Below, one piece after another: positions 17,356-26,810 of a stretch of DNA of 64,000 nt. Below the pieces are notes generated by a model. The model did no database searches, was not told the DNA's origin, and was given only the letters and a program-made list of their open reading frames with translations. The translations under genes and the position numbers were made by a program. How positions within the stretch are numbered: the first letter of the stretch is position 1; each line of letters begins with the position of its first letter. Source of the DNA: an uncultured Gammaproteobacteria bacterium (GTDB taxonomy: Bacteria > Patescibacteriota > Microgenomatia > UBA12405); NCBI GenBank assembly GCA_964605545.1, contig CAZSCX010000001.1, forward strand, positions 16,148 through 80,147. The letters run 5' to 3'.

Positions 17356-19848
17356 GTGAAGAAGTGTCTATTTCTTTTTTTGTTTTTAGGTTTATTTTTG
17401 GCACCGTCAGTATTGGCGGAAGAGAATTACGATGGTTATTTAATTAAGTATAAGAGTGGAAAAATTGAGAAAAGTGCTACTAAACCGATGAATATAATGA
17501 GCGAGGGAGAGGAAAGTGATATTAAGTTTATTCAACCGAATTATATTTATGAAACGTGTGAAATTAGCGAGAACGATAAATATTGGTATTTAAAAAATAC
17601 CGGCCAAATATTTCAAGAAAAAAGTGGGGTTGGTATAAAAGGGAGGTCAGGGGTGGATTTAGGAAAAGAGGCAGCCGATGAACTAACAAGAAATGAGAGT
17701 AAACAAGACATAATTGTGGCCGTCTTGGATTTGGGGTTGGATTACAATGACACGATATTTACTGGGAAATTATGGAATGGAGAGAATTGTAAAAATGAGT
17801 TGGGGGAAACGATGGGAGGATGTAAAAATGGTTATGATTTTGTAAATAACGATAAAGATCCTTTGCCAAATAGTAGTGAAGATCATGGTACTCATGTGGC
17901 GGGGATAGTGGCATCAATTGCACCGAATGCGAAATTAATGATATTGAGAGTAGGGGCTGGGGGAACGATGCCGGCAGAAGCTATAAGCCGGGCAATTGAT
18001 TTTGCCAAAGTCAATGGGGCGAAGGTTATTAATGCTAGTTTTGCCTCTTCAAAAGGATCTGATGGAAAATATCCAGATATTTTTGATTTATTGATGTACG
18101 ATTCAATTAAAAATTTTGATGGACTTTTCATCAATGCGGCAGGAAATGAAAATACCAATATCGATACAGGAGTGACCGGCGGGAGACCGTTTCCGGCATC
18201 GTTAAAATATGGAATGGGAGGTTTTAACGAGCCATTGAAAAATATTTTTGTAGTTTCGGCAACGAATTATTATGATGATATTACTTATTTTTCCAATTTT
18301 GGTAAAGATACAGTAGATATCGCAGCAATGGGAGCAGGTATTTATGGAGTGAGTAATAACGGTGGTAGGGTTTATTATCAGGGGACTTCGATGGCGACAC
18401 CGATGGTTTCCGGAGTGGCGGCTTATTTGTTAGGCTTGAGACCAAGTATGAGTGTGGCCGAATTAATTTCTTTGATTTCCGGAAGCGGAATTAAGGCTGA
18501 GGGAGTGAAGGGGATGGTGTTAAGTGGAAGGAGATTAAATTTGGAAACGGCAGTGAGAAAAATGAAAAATATGGAATGGGATAGGGAAAGCAAGGGAAGT
18601 GAAGGGGTAAAAAGATTGAGTGACGGAAAAATAGGAGGAGGAATTTTTATGGAAATAAACAGTAAATATTTACCGGAATTTTTGTATCTCTATTTATCAG
18701 ATATGTCCAATTCGTTGCGATTGACAAGATGCAGTGAAATGAAATGCGAGAGTGTTAGTGAGACAAAGGAATTGTTAAAAGGAGGATTAAATCCAATTGC
18801 GTTTTCTTTGACAGCTGATGATCGGCCAATAATTTTGTCAGGGGGAACTTTTAGTTTATTAAAAATTTGTAAAGATAAAGATTGTATTGAATACAAAGAT
18901 GTGGGAAGTGGTAATTATGGAGTTAATGTATCAATTAATGGAGAAATAGATGTCGATAGCAAGGGTAGAATAGTCTGGACTTTTTATACGGCGGATAGAA
19001 ACTGGGTGATTTTGAATAGATGTGATGATGCGCAATGCACTAGTTACCAATCTTGGAAGACGGCTTCAATGATATCAAATGATTCAGAAGCGGCGTTGGA
19101 TTTAAAAATAGATAAAAGTGATCGAATATTTTTGGCATACAACGAACAAATTTCGGTTAAAAAATTAATTAAGTGTGATGATAATTTAAGCGATAGTTGT
19201 GATTTGTTGGGCACAGATAATCAATCAATTTATGGCTATGGAAATGCTTTGGCGATAGATAAAGATGACAATCTTTATTGGCTTTTACCGGCTAGTGGTG
19301 GTCTTAAGTTAAGTAGGTGTTTAAATGGTGATTGCCAGATAATAAATTCATTGATATCGGTGTCGGTTGATAGTGGGTCTTTGTTTATGAGTAAATTAAA
19401 AATGGTAATGAATGTTGGCGGAGTACCAATGATAACGATAGGTGATGATGGTGATAAATATGGAGTAAAAATAATTAAATGTAAAGACAAAAATTGTAGT
19501 CAGAGTGAGACGGTGATAATTGACAATCAATATGGTGTAGGGGAAAGTATGAGAATAAAAAGTGGGGCGGGAGGAATGGGTGGAGTGGCTTATTTGGATA
19601 CATTGTCGGCTGATTTGAAATATCATAGTTTTCTGAATTATTTTCCAGTGAAGTGTAGTGAGAATTATTTTGGTAAAAATCAAGGTGATTATAATTGCGA
19701 TAATTTAATTACTGGGGGAGATTATATTGTTTGGAGGAGAGAATTTTTGGATAAAAAAATTGGAGAAAAATTTGAGTCAGATGGAGATGGAGATGGTAGA
19801 TCTAGTCTGAGTGATTATTCGTTATGGAGAGAAGAGTATTTGAAATAA
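17356..19848 (+). CDS. subtilisin-like serine peptidase (S8) with C-x4-C repeat region and C-terminal dockerin-like domain; GTG start
   Basis: Catalytic triad contexts VAVLDLGLD, HGTHVAGIVAS and GTSMATPMVSG. Six [KR]C..x..C[ST/Q] repeats. C-terminus GDYNCDNLITGGDYIVWRREFLDK...DGDGDGRSSLSDYSLWREEYLK. Confidence 0.8.
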   Translation: MKKCLFLFLFLGLFLAPSVLAEENYDGYLIKYKSGKIEKSATKPMNIMSEGEESDIKFIQPNYIYETCEISENDKYWYLKNTGQIFQEKSGVGIKGRSGVDLGKEAADELTRNESKQDIIVAVLDLGLDYNDTIFTGKLWNGENCKNELGETMGGCKNGYDFVNNDKDPLPNSSEDHGTHVAGIVASIAPNAKLMILRVGAGGTMPAEAISRAIDFAKVNGAKVINASFASSKGSDGKYPDIFDLLMYDSIKNFDGLFINAAGNENTNIDTGVTGGRPFPASLKYGMGGFNEPLKNIFVVSATNYYDDITYFSNFGKDTVDIAAMGAGIYGVSNNGGRVYYQGTSMATPMVSGVAAYLLGLRPSMSVAELISLISGSGIKAEGVKGMVLSGRRLNLETAVRKMKNMEWDRESKGSEGVKRLSDGKIGGGIFMEINSKYLPEFLYLYLSDMSNSLRLTRCSEMKCESVSETKELLKGGLNPIAFSLTADDRPIILSGGTFSLLKICKDKDCIEYKDVGSGNYGVNVSINGEIDVDSKGRIVWTFYTADRNWVILNRCDDAQCTSYQSWKTASMISNDSEAALDLKIDKSDRIFLAYNEQISVKKLIKCDDNLSDSCDLLGTDNQSIYGYGNALAIDKDDNLYWLLPASGGLKLSRCLNGDCQIINSLISVSVDSGSLFMSKLKMVMNVGGVPMITIGDDGDKYGVKIIKCKDKNCSQSETVIIDNQYGVGESMRIKSGAGGMGGVAYLDTLSADLKYHSFLNYFPVKCSENYFGKNQGDYNCDNLITGGDYIVWRREFLDKKIGEKFESDGDGDGRSSLSDYSLWREEYLK

Positions 19849-19868
19849 TGTTAATATTTATTATATAA

Positions 19869-21605
19869 ATGAGGAATAATTTGAAAAGAATTTTGTTTAG
19901 TATGATTTTGATGATCGGATTGGTAGTGACAGGAGTGTTGGTACAAAGTACACAGGAGACGAGGCGTAGAGCGGCAGAAGGAGAAGTTTCATGTGGGGAA
20001 CAAGATGGAGTAGTTAGAATGGCGGGTGAGACTTGGTGTCAAGAGGGATCTCCTCAGATGGTTAAAAAATGTTTGAATGATAGTACTGTTTCTGTAAGTG
20101 AATTTGAATGTGGTCCTGGTGATGAATGTGTTAATGGAAAATGTGAATTTATTAAGGAAGGCTGTACGACTCCTGAATATGGTGGAAAGTTTTTTTCTCC
20201 TGGTCAAATAGTATGTGTAAGTGAAACAAGCTACAGGGAATGTCAGGCTAATAATCAATATAGTGAGATTAAATCCTGTGGAGAGAATCAGATATGTGAT
20301 TTTGGTATGTCTGGTTATCATTGTGTAAATAAAGATACGACTTGTATAGATTATGAAATGTCGAATCAATATAATACGGTTTATTATGCACCGGGTGAGG
20401 TATTGTGTAAAAGTGATAATAGTTATGTAAGATGTTTAGACGATAGTACTTTTTCTGCGGAATTAAAATGTGATGAAGGGTCACTTTGTTATCGAGGTAA
20501 GGGGTGTGTCAGAAATGGTGGATGTATAAGGGAAGGAAGATTGCCAGCTTTTGATGGAGATACATATTGTGATGATAATGATTTGAGTATTATAAAAACT
20601 TGCCTAGATAGTAATTGGTTAATTGATAAATGTTCCGAGGGAGAGGGTTGTGATAATCGAGATAATAATGAAAATCCGACGGCATTTAAGTGTGTAAAAA
20701 AAGTTGATAAATGTACTTGGAATGAGGCGGATTATAGTGTTGGAGAGAGAAGATGTGGAGAGGACAATCCTAAAGAAATATTTACTTGTACTGATTTTGG
20801 TTGGGATTTTGGAATGATTTATGATGGTAGTAATGTAACTTGCGAAACAAAAAAAGAATCATTTACTAATGGCAAGTGTAAATTATGTAAAAAGCCGTAT
20901 GTTTGTGATACAAGTGCTAAGAATGTTGGGGCGAGATTTTTAATAGATTTGGTGAGTGACGAGAATACTAATTTGGATGTGGGGACGACGATAGTTTTTG
21001 AGATTGGAGTGGACAGTACAGGACGGTCGATTACGGGAATTGATGCAGATCTGGATTTTGATGCAAGTATTCTTAAAATATTGAAAGTAGATAATTTAAT
21101 TAATTTATTAACAATGAAGGCGCCTTACGATAGTGGTGTTCTTTCTTTTTATAATGGTAACCCTGAAACTATTTATTCAAGAGTTTTTAAGAATGAAAAG
21201 ATTGCTAGAATTACTTTTGAAGTTTTGAAGAAAGTAAATAATTGGTCGATTAAATTTAAGTGTGTTAATAGTAGTATGACAGATTCGAATCTTTTGAATG
21301 CTGAAAATGGGGTGGTGACTGATTTAATTTCTTGTGGTGATAATGAGTGGTTTTATGTTGATGAAACGGGAAATAAACTGAACCAGAATCCTTTTGGATG
21401 TGATGAAAGTGCATTGAGACAAAATGATCCTAAATTTAGGGGAGATTATAATTGTGATGGGGATTTGACCGGGGGGGACTATATTGTTTGGAGGGGTGAG
21501 TTTATTGATAAAAAGTATGAGTTTGGAGTACAGTCTGATGGAAATTGTGACGGGAAAAGTAGTTTGATCGATTACTCGAGATGGAGAGAAGAGTATTTGA
21601 AATAG
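19869..21605 (+). CDS. Cys-rich surface protein with cohesin-like domain and C-terminal dockerin-like domain
   Basis: Leader ...VQSTQETRRRAAEGE. The cohesin-like segment (KIARITFEVLKK...SMTDSNLLNAENGVVTDLISCGDN) is near-identical in motif to 32782's. C-terminus GDYNCDGDLTGGDYIVWRGEFIDK...DGNCDGKSSLIDYSRWREEYLK. Confidence 0.5.
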   Translation: MRNNLKRILFSMILMIGLVVTGVLVQSTQETRRRAAEGEVSCGEQDGVVRMAGETWCQEGSPQMVKKCLNDSTVSVSEFECGPGDECVNGKCEFIKEGCTTPEYGGKFFSPGQIVCVSETSYRECQANNQYSEIKSCGENQICDFGMSGYHCVNKDTTCIDYEMSNQYNTVYYAPGEVLCKSDNSYVRCLDDSTFSAELKCDEGSLCYRGKGCVRNGGCIREGRLPAFDGDTYCDDNDLSIIKTCLDSNWLIDKCSEGEGCDNRDNNENPTAFKCVKKVDKCTWNEADYSVGERRCGEDNPKEIFTCTDFGWDFGMIYDGSNVTCETKKESFTNGKCKLCKKPYVCDTSAKNVGARFLIDLVSDENTNLDVGTTIVFEIGVDSTGRSITGIDADLDFDASILKILKVDNLINLLTMKAPYDSGVLSFYNGNPETIYSRVFKNEKIARITFEVLKKVNNWSIKFKCVNSSMTDSNLLNAENGVVTDLISCGDNEWFYVDETGNKLNQNPFGCDESALRQNDPKFRGDYNCDGDLTGGDYIVWRGEFIDKKYEFGVQSDGNCDGKSSLIDYSRWREEYLK

Positions 21606-21632
21606 ATGTTGAATATGTAATAATGAATTAGG

Positions 21633-23198
21633 ATGAAGAAAAAATTGTATGTTATTTTTGGATTGTTTGTTTTGACTTTGGCTTTGGGGGTGACGGTAAA
21701 ATTGAGTGAAAAACCACAGGAGATAAGGAGAAAGGCGGCGGAGAATAATCTTGAAACATCAACGGCCGTGGAAGTGCGTTGTGATACTTTTACCCCTTTT
21801 ACATTATCTAGTGTACCTGATGAACAAACATATCCTTTTAGTTTGACAGTAGGGGATATAAATGCAGATGGATTAAAAGATGTTTGTGTTGGTTTTTCTC
21901 ATAACACTTCTCATGAGGTAGTTCCTGGTTATCAGTGTATAAAAAATATTGATAACAAGGAGTATTTAGTTGGATCTTTATTGACGTTTAAGAGAACATC
22001 CTCCTATGCAGCAATATCGGTTGGCTTCGTCGGTGGTACTGATTTTGTATATACACCAGGAACTACATTGGCGTCGTTATATATTATGAATAATACATTG
22101 AAAACGGGGAATCAATTGCTGTCTAATATTGTTAGTTTTTATGAGCCTAACGTAACCAAATTGGGACCGAATATTTTAACTACCGATTTAAACAATGATG
22201 GATATCAAGAGATTGTTTCTTCTGATCAAGATTATGCAATTCAAGTTTTTTTTAATAAAAAAGATGGTACTTTTAATACTTATGTTGATTATAGTGTGCC
22301 ATACGGTTATCATTTTACAGCAGTGGCAGATTTAAAAGGAGATGGGAGTAAAGATGATTTAATTGTTTCATCTTTTCAAAAAAGACAAATAAGTGTGTTG
22401 TTGAATAATGGTGCAGGTTTACTTGGTGCGGCAGTGGGATATACCGTGCCTTCTGATGTTCAGTATGTATCTCCATATGGAATAACGGCGGCTGATTATA
22501 ATGGTGATGGTTTGGATGAAGTGGCTGTTGTTTCTGGTGCATATGGTATAGATACGGTATTGAGTATTTTTGATAATTTGGGTAAGGGGAAATTGAGCCT
22601 TTCAAAAACTATTCGTGGTGACAAATTGGATGATTCTCGATCAACTTGGGTGACTTCTTTGGATCTTAATGGAGATAATTATATTGATATTGCAGCTACT
22701 ATGGGTAAAGACAAAATAACTTTCCTTTATAATGACGGGAAAGGGAATTTTAGTGAGGAAAATATGGATATTTATGATTCCGGTTATGGCTATCCGGCTG
22801 ATTTGAGGGCTGAGGATATTAATGGAGATGGTCAAAAAGATCTTTTATATGTACTTCGTAATTCAGATAAGTTAATGGTTTATTTGACATGTAAAAAAGA
22901 AAGTACTCCAACTCCTACGATTATGCCGGCGGAGGGCTTGTGCAAAAGTGTGGTTCTGGATTCATTGCATCCAGAATGTTTGGTAAGTTGCAAGAAAACA
23001 GATGCAAATTATGTTGGTATGGATAAATGGGGGGCAGATTATAACTGTGATGGGGATGTGACTGGTGGAGATTTTATAGTTTGGAGAAGAGAATTTTTGG
23101 ATAAAATTGTGGGTGATTCTTTGCAATCTGATGGCAATTGTGACAATAAAGTAAGTTTGGCCGATTATTCTAAATGGAGAGAGGAGTATTTAAAATAA
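21633..23198 (+). CDS. FG-GAP repeat beta-propeller protein with C-terminal dockerin-like domain
   Basis: Leader ...KLSEKPQEIRRKAAEN. Six D-x-N-x-D-G repeats (DINADGLKD, DLNNDGYQE, DLKGDGSKD, DYNGDGLDE, DLNGDNYID, DINGDGQKD). C-terminus ADYNCDGDVTGGDFIVWRREFLDK...DGNCDNKVSLADYSKWREEYLK. Confidence 0.65.
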   Translation: MKKKLYVIFGLFVLTLALGVTVKLSEKPQEIRRKAAENNLETSTAVEVRCDTFTPFTLSSVPDEQTYPFSLTVGDINADGLKDVCVGFSHNTSHEVVPGYQCIKNIDNKEYLVGSLLTFKRTSSYAAISVGFVGGTDFVYTPGTTLASLYIMNNTLKTGNQLLSNIVSFYEPNVTKLGPNILTTDLNNDGYQEIVSSDQDYAIQVFFNKKDGTFNTYVDYSVPYGYHFTAVADLKGDGSKDDLIVSSFQKRQISVLLNNGAGLLGAAVGYTVPSDVQYVSPYGITAADYNGDGLDEVAVVSGAYGIDTVLSIFDNLGKGKLSLSKTIRGDKLDDSRSTWVTSLDLNGDNYIDIAATMGKDKITFLYNDGKGNFSEENMDIYDSGYGYPADLRAEDINGDGQKDLLYVLRNSDKLMVYLTCKKESTPTPTIMPAEGLCKSVVLDSLHPECLVSCKKTDANYVGMDKWGADYNCDGDVTGGDFIVWRREFLDKIVGDSLQSDGNCDNKVSLADYSKWREEYLK

Positions 23199-23241
23199 TG
23201 AGAAACTTTACATTAATAAATTTATTATGTAATAATTATTT

Positions 23242-24006
23242 ATGAAAAAAAGGATTAGTGGTGCAGTACAAATACCTATTTTGGTTGGTTTATTAATAGT
23301 AGCGGCGGCTTTACCGATAGTTTCAAAATTGACACAAAAAAGTCAGGATGTGCGTAATTTGGCGGCCGAGGGAGAGGTAACGGCAACTCCGACATGTAAT
23401 CCAAATGCTTGTAGTCAGACTACCGGATGTACGATGAATAGATGTTCTCCTGGTGATGCTATCCAAACAAATTGTACTTTGTGTGCTCCAATTCCAACGG
23501 CTGATCCGAATTATACGGCGGGATGTAATAATAATTGTTCTAACTGTGCGGCAACGGATACACCAATTCCGACAAACACTCCGACTAATACACCGATTCC
23601 AACTAATACTCTAGTACCGACAATGGCTTGTACTATTAGTCAAAAATTAATTGATGATGGAGTGACAATTAAGGCATACAAGGTTAATGCCGATAAATCA
23701 GTTGGAAATGAAGTTACATTTAATGTTTCTACTGGTCAATTGGGTATTGATGATAGTTTTAATAGTAATATGGTTCTTTTTGAAGTGACGATTAGTAAAA
23801 AAAGTGGAGTAAAAAATGTAGGATTGCTTTTTAAAAGTAAAGATGGAACCATTAATGCTTCAGCTTGGACTAGCGGAAGTGTGTCTGGAACTGGTTTAAG
23901 TTTTTATAGTAGTCCGACTACAAGTGGGGATTTGGTAGCCAAGTTTCCGTTACAGTTAAGTTTTACCAAAAGTGTTCAAGTTGATATTTCAGTCCAATAT
24001 TATTAA
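23242..24006 (+). CDS. pilin-like-leader Cys-rich protein with Thr/Pro linker
   Basis: MKKRISG-AVQIPILVGLLIVAAALP leader and SQDVRNLAAEGE. A TDTPIPTNTPTNTPIPTNT linker precedes a C-terminal beta domain. There is no dockerin. Confidence 0.4.
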   Translation: MKKRISGAVQIPILVGLLIVAAALPIVSKLTQKSQDVRNLAAEGEVTATPTCNPNACSQTTGCTMNRCSPGDAIQTNCTLCAPIPTADPNYTAGCNNNCSNCAATDTPIPTNTPTNTPIPTNTLVPTMACTISQKLIDDGVTIKAYKVNADKSVGNEVTFNVSTGQLGIDDSFNSNMVLFEVTISKKSGVKNVGLLFKSKDGTINASAWTSGSVSGTGLSFYSSPTTSGDLVAKFPLQLSFTKSVQVDISVQYY

Positions 24007-24015
24007 TAGTATAAA

Positions 24016-25311
24016 ATGAAAAAAAATAGTGTCTGGGCAATTTTAGCATTGGCGGTGGTGGCGGTGGCTTTGCCAATGGCAGTGGAATTGACGGGGAGGT
24101 CAGCGGAATTAAGAAGGAAAGCAGTTGATTTTATGGAAAATTGTAGTTGTACTAATGCGACTTCGGCAGAATGTACAAGTTTGAAGGCTAATGGGATTGC
24201 TTACAAACCGTGTAATGCTTGTAACGAATTTTGTGGAGATCCTATCGCATGTAATGAGGGGGATCCGGTGGATTGGAGATTGCCGGCTTTTAAATGTAAT
24301 ACTCCGGGACATGAAGTACAAGTTTCTTGGGCTTGGTATTGTGATGATCCTGATTATTGGGACACTGAATGTCCCCTGGATACGGTTGATGTTGATAAAT
24401 GCCAATGTTGTAAGTTAGATGTTTATGTTGCGGGTAAAACTTTTCATTGTACAACGTCAGTGTGGGTTCCGGGGGCTACTTTAACACCAACAGAGGTGCC
24501 TACTCAGGTACCAACGGAAATACCAACATCGATACCGACTAATACAATAGCGCCGACAGCAACTAATACGCCAACAGAAACTTTGACTCCGACAATAACG
24601 CCGATACCGCCGGTGTGTGAATGTACTACTAGTGATTATTGTTATGATGCTATTGCTGATTTTGGTGGAAAACAGTGGAATCCGTGTGTGGCATGTGAAT
24701 CGATGTGTGTGGCCAAAGATAAGGGAGAGAATTTGGCTCCGGAATCATTGGCTAAAAAATATGATTGTCCTAGCTTGGGGATACAGTTGAATTTAGGTGA
24801 ATATTGTCAAAATCCGATAAATTTTGAACATTGTGGTTTAGATATTGATCCGTGTCTGTGTTGCAATTTAACTGGTATTACCGGTTATTTTGGGAATGTA
24901 GGGGAGTGTACTTCGGCAATATGTAAATATATTCCAACACCGACTTTTACACCAACGCCGTTTCCATATTGTACGCCGGTGCCGTGTCCGATAGGAGGTA
25001 AATTTTCTTGTCCTGTTGATAAAGCTCCTTGTCTTGGGGGTTGTGGAATGGAGTGTTTGACCCCGACACCAACCGAAACACCTGCGGAATGTCCGGTGAG
25101 ATGTGAAATGGAAGATGAAAATTATGAGGGAATGGATAAATGGGGTGGAGATTATAATTGCGATGGAAGTTTGACCGGTGGAGATTTTATGATTTGGCGA
25201 ATAGAATTTTTGGATAAAATTGTGGGTGATTTCTTAAAATCAGATGGAAATTGTGATGGTAAGGTAAGTTTAGCTGATTATTCAAAATGGAGAGAAGAGT
25301 ATCTAAAATGA
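24016..25311 (+). CDS. Cys-rich surface protein with TP-rich linkers and C-terminal dockerin-like domain
   Basis: Leader ...VELTGRSAELRRKAVD. C-terminus GDYNCDGSLTGGDFMIWRIEFLDK...DGNCDGKVSLADYSKWREEYLK. Confidence 0.45.
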   Translation: MKKNSVWAILALAVVAVALPMAVELTGRSAELRRKAVDFMENCSCTNATSAECTSLKANGIAYKPCNACNEFCGDPIACNEGDPVDWRLPAFKCNTPGHEVQVSWAWYCDDPDYWDTECPLDTVDVDKCQCCKLDVYVAGKTFHCTTSVWVPGATLTPTEVPTQVPTEIPTSIPTNTIAPTATNTPTETLTPTITPIPPVCECTTSDYCYDAIADFGGKQWNPCVACESMCVAKDKGENLAPESLAKKYDCPSLGIQLNLGEYCQNPINFEHCGLDIDPCLCCNLTGITGYFGNVGECTSAICKYIPTPTFTPTPFPYCTPVPCPIGGKFSCPVDKAPCLGGCGMECLTPTPTETPAECPVRCEMEDENYEGMDKWGGDYNCDGSLTGGDFMIWRIEFLDKIVGDFLKSDGNCDGKVSLADYSKWREEYLK

Positions 25312-26783
25312 AAAAGTTGGTATTACTGGTAGTGTTTGTATTTTTTTTAAGTTTTGGTAAGGTGATTTTAGCGGAAACTTGTAGCCCAACATGGGTGTCT
25401 TTGGATAAGATATACACTGGGGGAATTTTTTTGGATATAGGGAAAGATAATAAACCTATGGTTCTTTATACAGAGTATATAAAAACAGGATCAGTGAATG
25501 GATCGCGTTTTTTAAAATGTACATCGAATGATTGCAAAAGTTTTAATGATATTAATTTTGATGGTCTTTTCCAGTGGTGGAGTGGAGGGGCAGGAAATTT
25601 TTCTGATGGAAGCGTTGCTTTTGTAATGGTTACTAATAATATGGATATGTATTTTGTGAAATGTAGTGATGATAAGTGTTCCAATTATACAAAGATTTTG
25701 TTCAAAAAAGATATTGTTATGGATAGAGATAATACTAATTATGAAATTAAAGCTAATTCTCCTAGTCAAGTAGTAGTTGATGGAAATGATTTACCATTTT
25801 TTTATTTTACACAGAGTTTTGTTTATGGAAGTGGAACCCAAGGAGATCCGTATATCGATTTGTATTTAGTGCGATGTAGTAAGAAGGATTGTAGTGAATA
25901 CAAGGTGAATAAGATTGATAAGATTTTAAATGTACCCAATGATTCTGTTACAGGTACAATAGATAGTGAAAATAAACTGATTATTTTTCATACCATTGGT
26001 GATCAGCAATTGATTTTGAATTATAATGGGACAAAAACATTAATCGATGAGGCTGCGTATCAATGTACCAATAGAAGCGAATTGGGTTTTTTATCGATGT
26101 ATTTGGGAAATGATGGTAATCCGGTTTTAAATTATATTAAGAGGGTTGGAAGTGGTGATGGTTGTACTAATAAATATATTACGGTTTTTTGTAAAAATAA
26201 AACTTGTACAGAAAAAAATGTAATAGATACCGTAAAAGGTATTAATATGAAAAAAGGGAGAGAAGGATATCCGGTTTATGAATATGTAGATAAATACAAC
26301 AGCGGAGTTATTGTTTGTAAAAATGCCGATTGTTCGGAAAAAATTCAAAGATCGGTTTTGACCGATTGTAATCCGGATTTTAATCTTTGTCCGCGTTTTG
26401 TAGATTTTGAATTAGATAATGAATTCAAACCGGTGTTTTTAATTAACCGATGGGTTTCTGGGTTGGGTCATTATGTACTGGATATTTACCGATGCTGTAC
26501 AGTCGATTGTGGGACAACATTTGAACCTCTTAATTGGTATGGGACATGTAAAAACGTTGTGGATGAAGCAAGAGGGTGTACCAAGTGTGAAAGTGATAGT
26601 TATCAGGGAATGAATCGTTGGGGTGGGGATTATAACTGCAGCGGAGATTTGACGACAGGTGATTATATTGTTTGGAGAGATGAATTTTTGAAAAAAGGAA
26701 CAGAGAGAAATGCCGATGGTGATTGTGACGGAAAAACGAGTTTGTCAGATTATTCAAAGTGGAGAGAGGAATATTTGAAGTAA
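25287..26783 (+). CDS. secreted C-x4-C repeat protein with C-terminal dockerin-like domain (paralog A)
   Basis: Sec-type signal ...VILA-ETCSP. Repeats FLKCTSNDCKSF, YFVKCSDDKCSNY, YLVRCSKKDCSEY, VFCKNKTCTEK, VCKNADCSEK. C-terminus GDYNCSGDLTTGDYIVWRDEFLKK...DGDCDGKTSLSDYSKWREEYLK. Confidence 0.5.
   Translation: MERRVSKMKKLVLLVVFVFFLSFGKVILAETCSPTWVSLDKIYTGGIFLDIGKDNKPMVLYTEYIKTGSVNGSRFLKCTSNDCKSFNDINFDGLFQWWSGGAGNFSDGSVAFVMVTNNMDMYFVKCSDDKCSNYTKILFKKDIVMDRDNTNYEIKANSPSQVVVDGNDLPFFYFTQSFVYGSGTQGDPYIDLYLVRCSKKDCSEYKVNKIDKILNVPNDSVTGTIDSENKLIIFHTIGDQQLILNYNGTKTLIDEAAYQCTNRSELGFLSMYLGNDGNPVLNYIKRVGSGDGCTNKYITVFCKNKTCTEKNVIDTVKGINMKKGREGYPVYEYVDKYNSGVIVCKNADCSEKIQRSVLTDCNPDFNLCPRFVDFELDNEFKPVFLINRWVSGLGHYVLDIYRCCTVDCGTTFEPLNWYGTCKNVVDEARGCTKCESDSYQGMNRWGGDYNCSGDLTTGDYIVWRDEFLKKGTERNADGDCDGKTSLSDYSKWREEYLK
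26502..26567. repeat. 66-nt stretch identical to 28017..28082 (also 26179..26230 = 27697..27748), marking a recent tandem duplication or gene conversion
   Basis: Direct comparison of the two paralog genes; the shared stretch is gtcgattgtgggacaacatttgaacctcttaattggtatgggacatgtaaaaacgttgtggatgaa. Confidence 0.8.
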
Positions 26784-26810
26784 GCCATAAGTGTGTCATA
26801 ATTAAATGAA

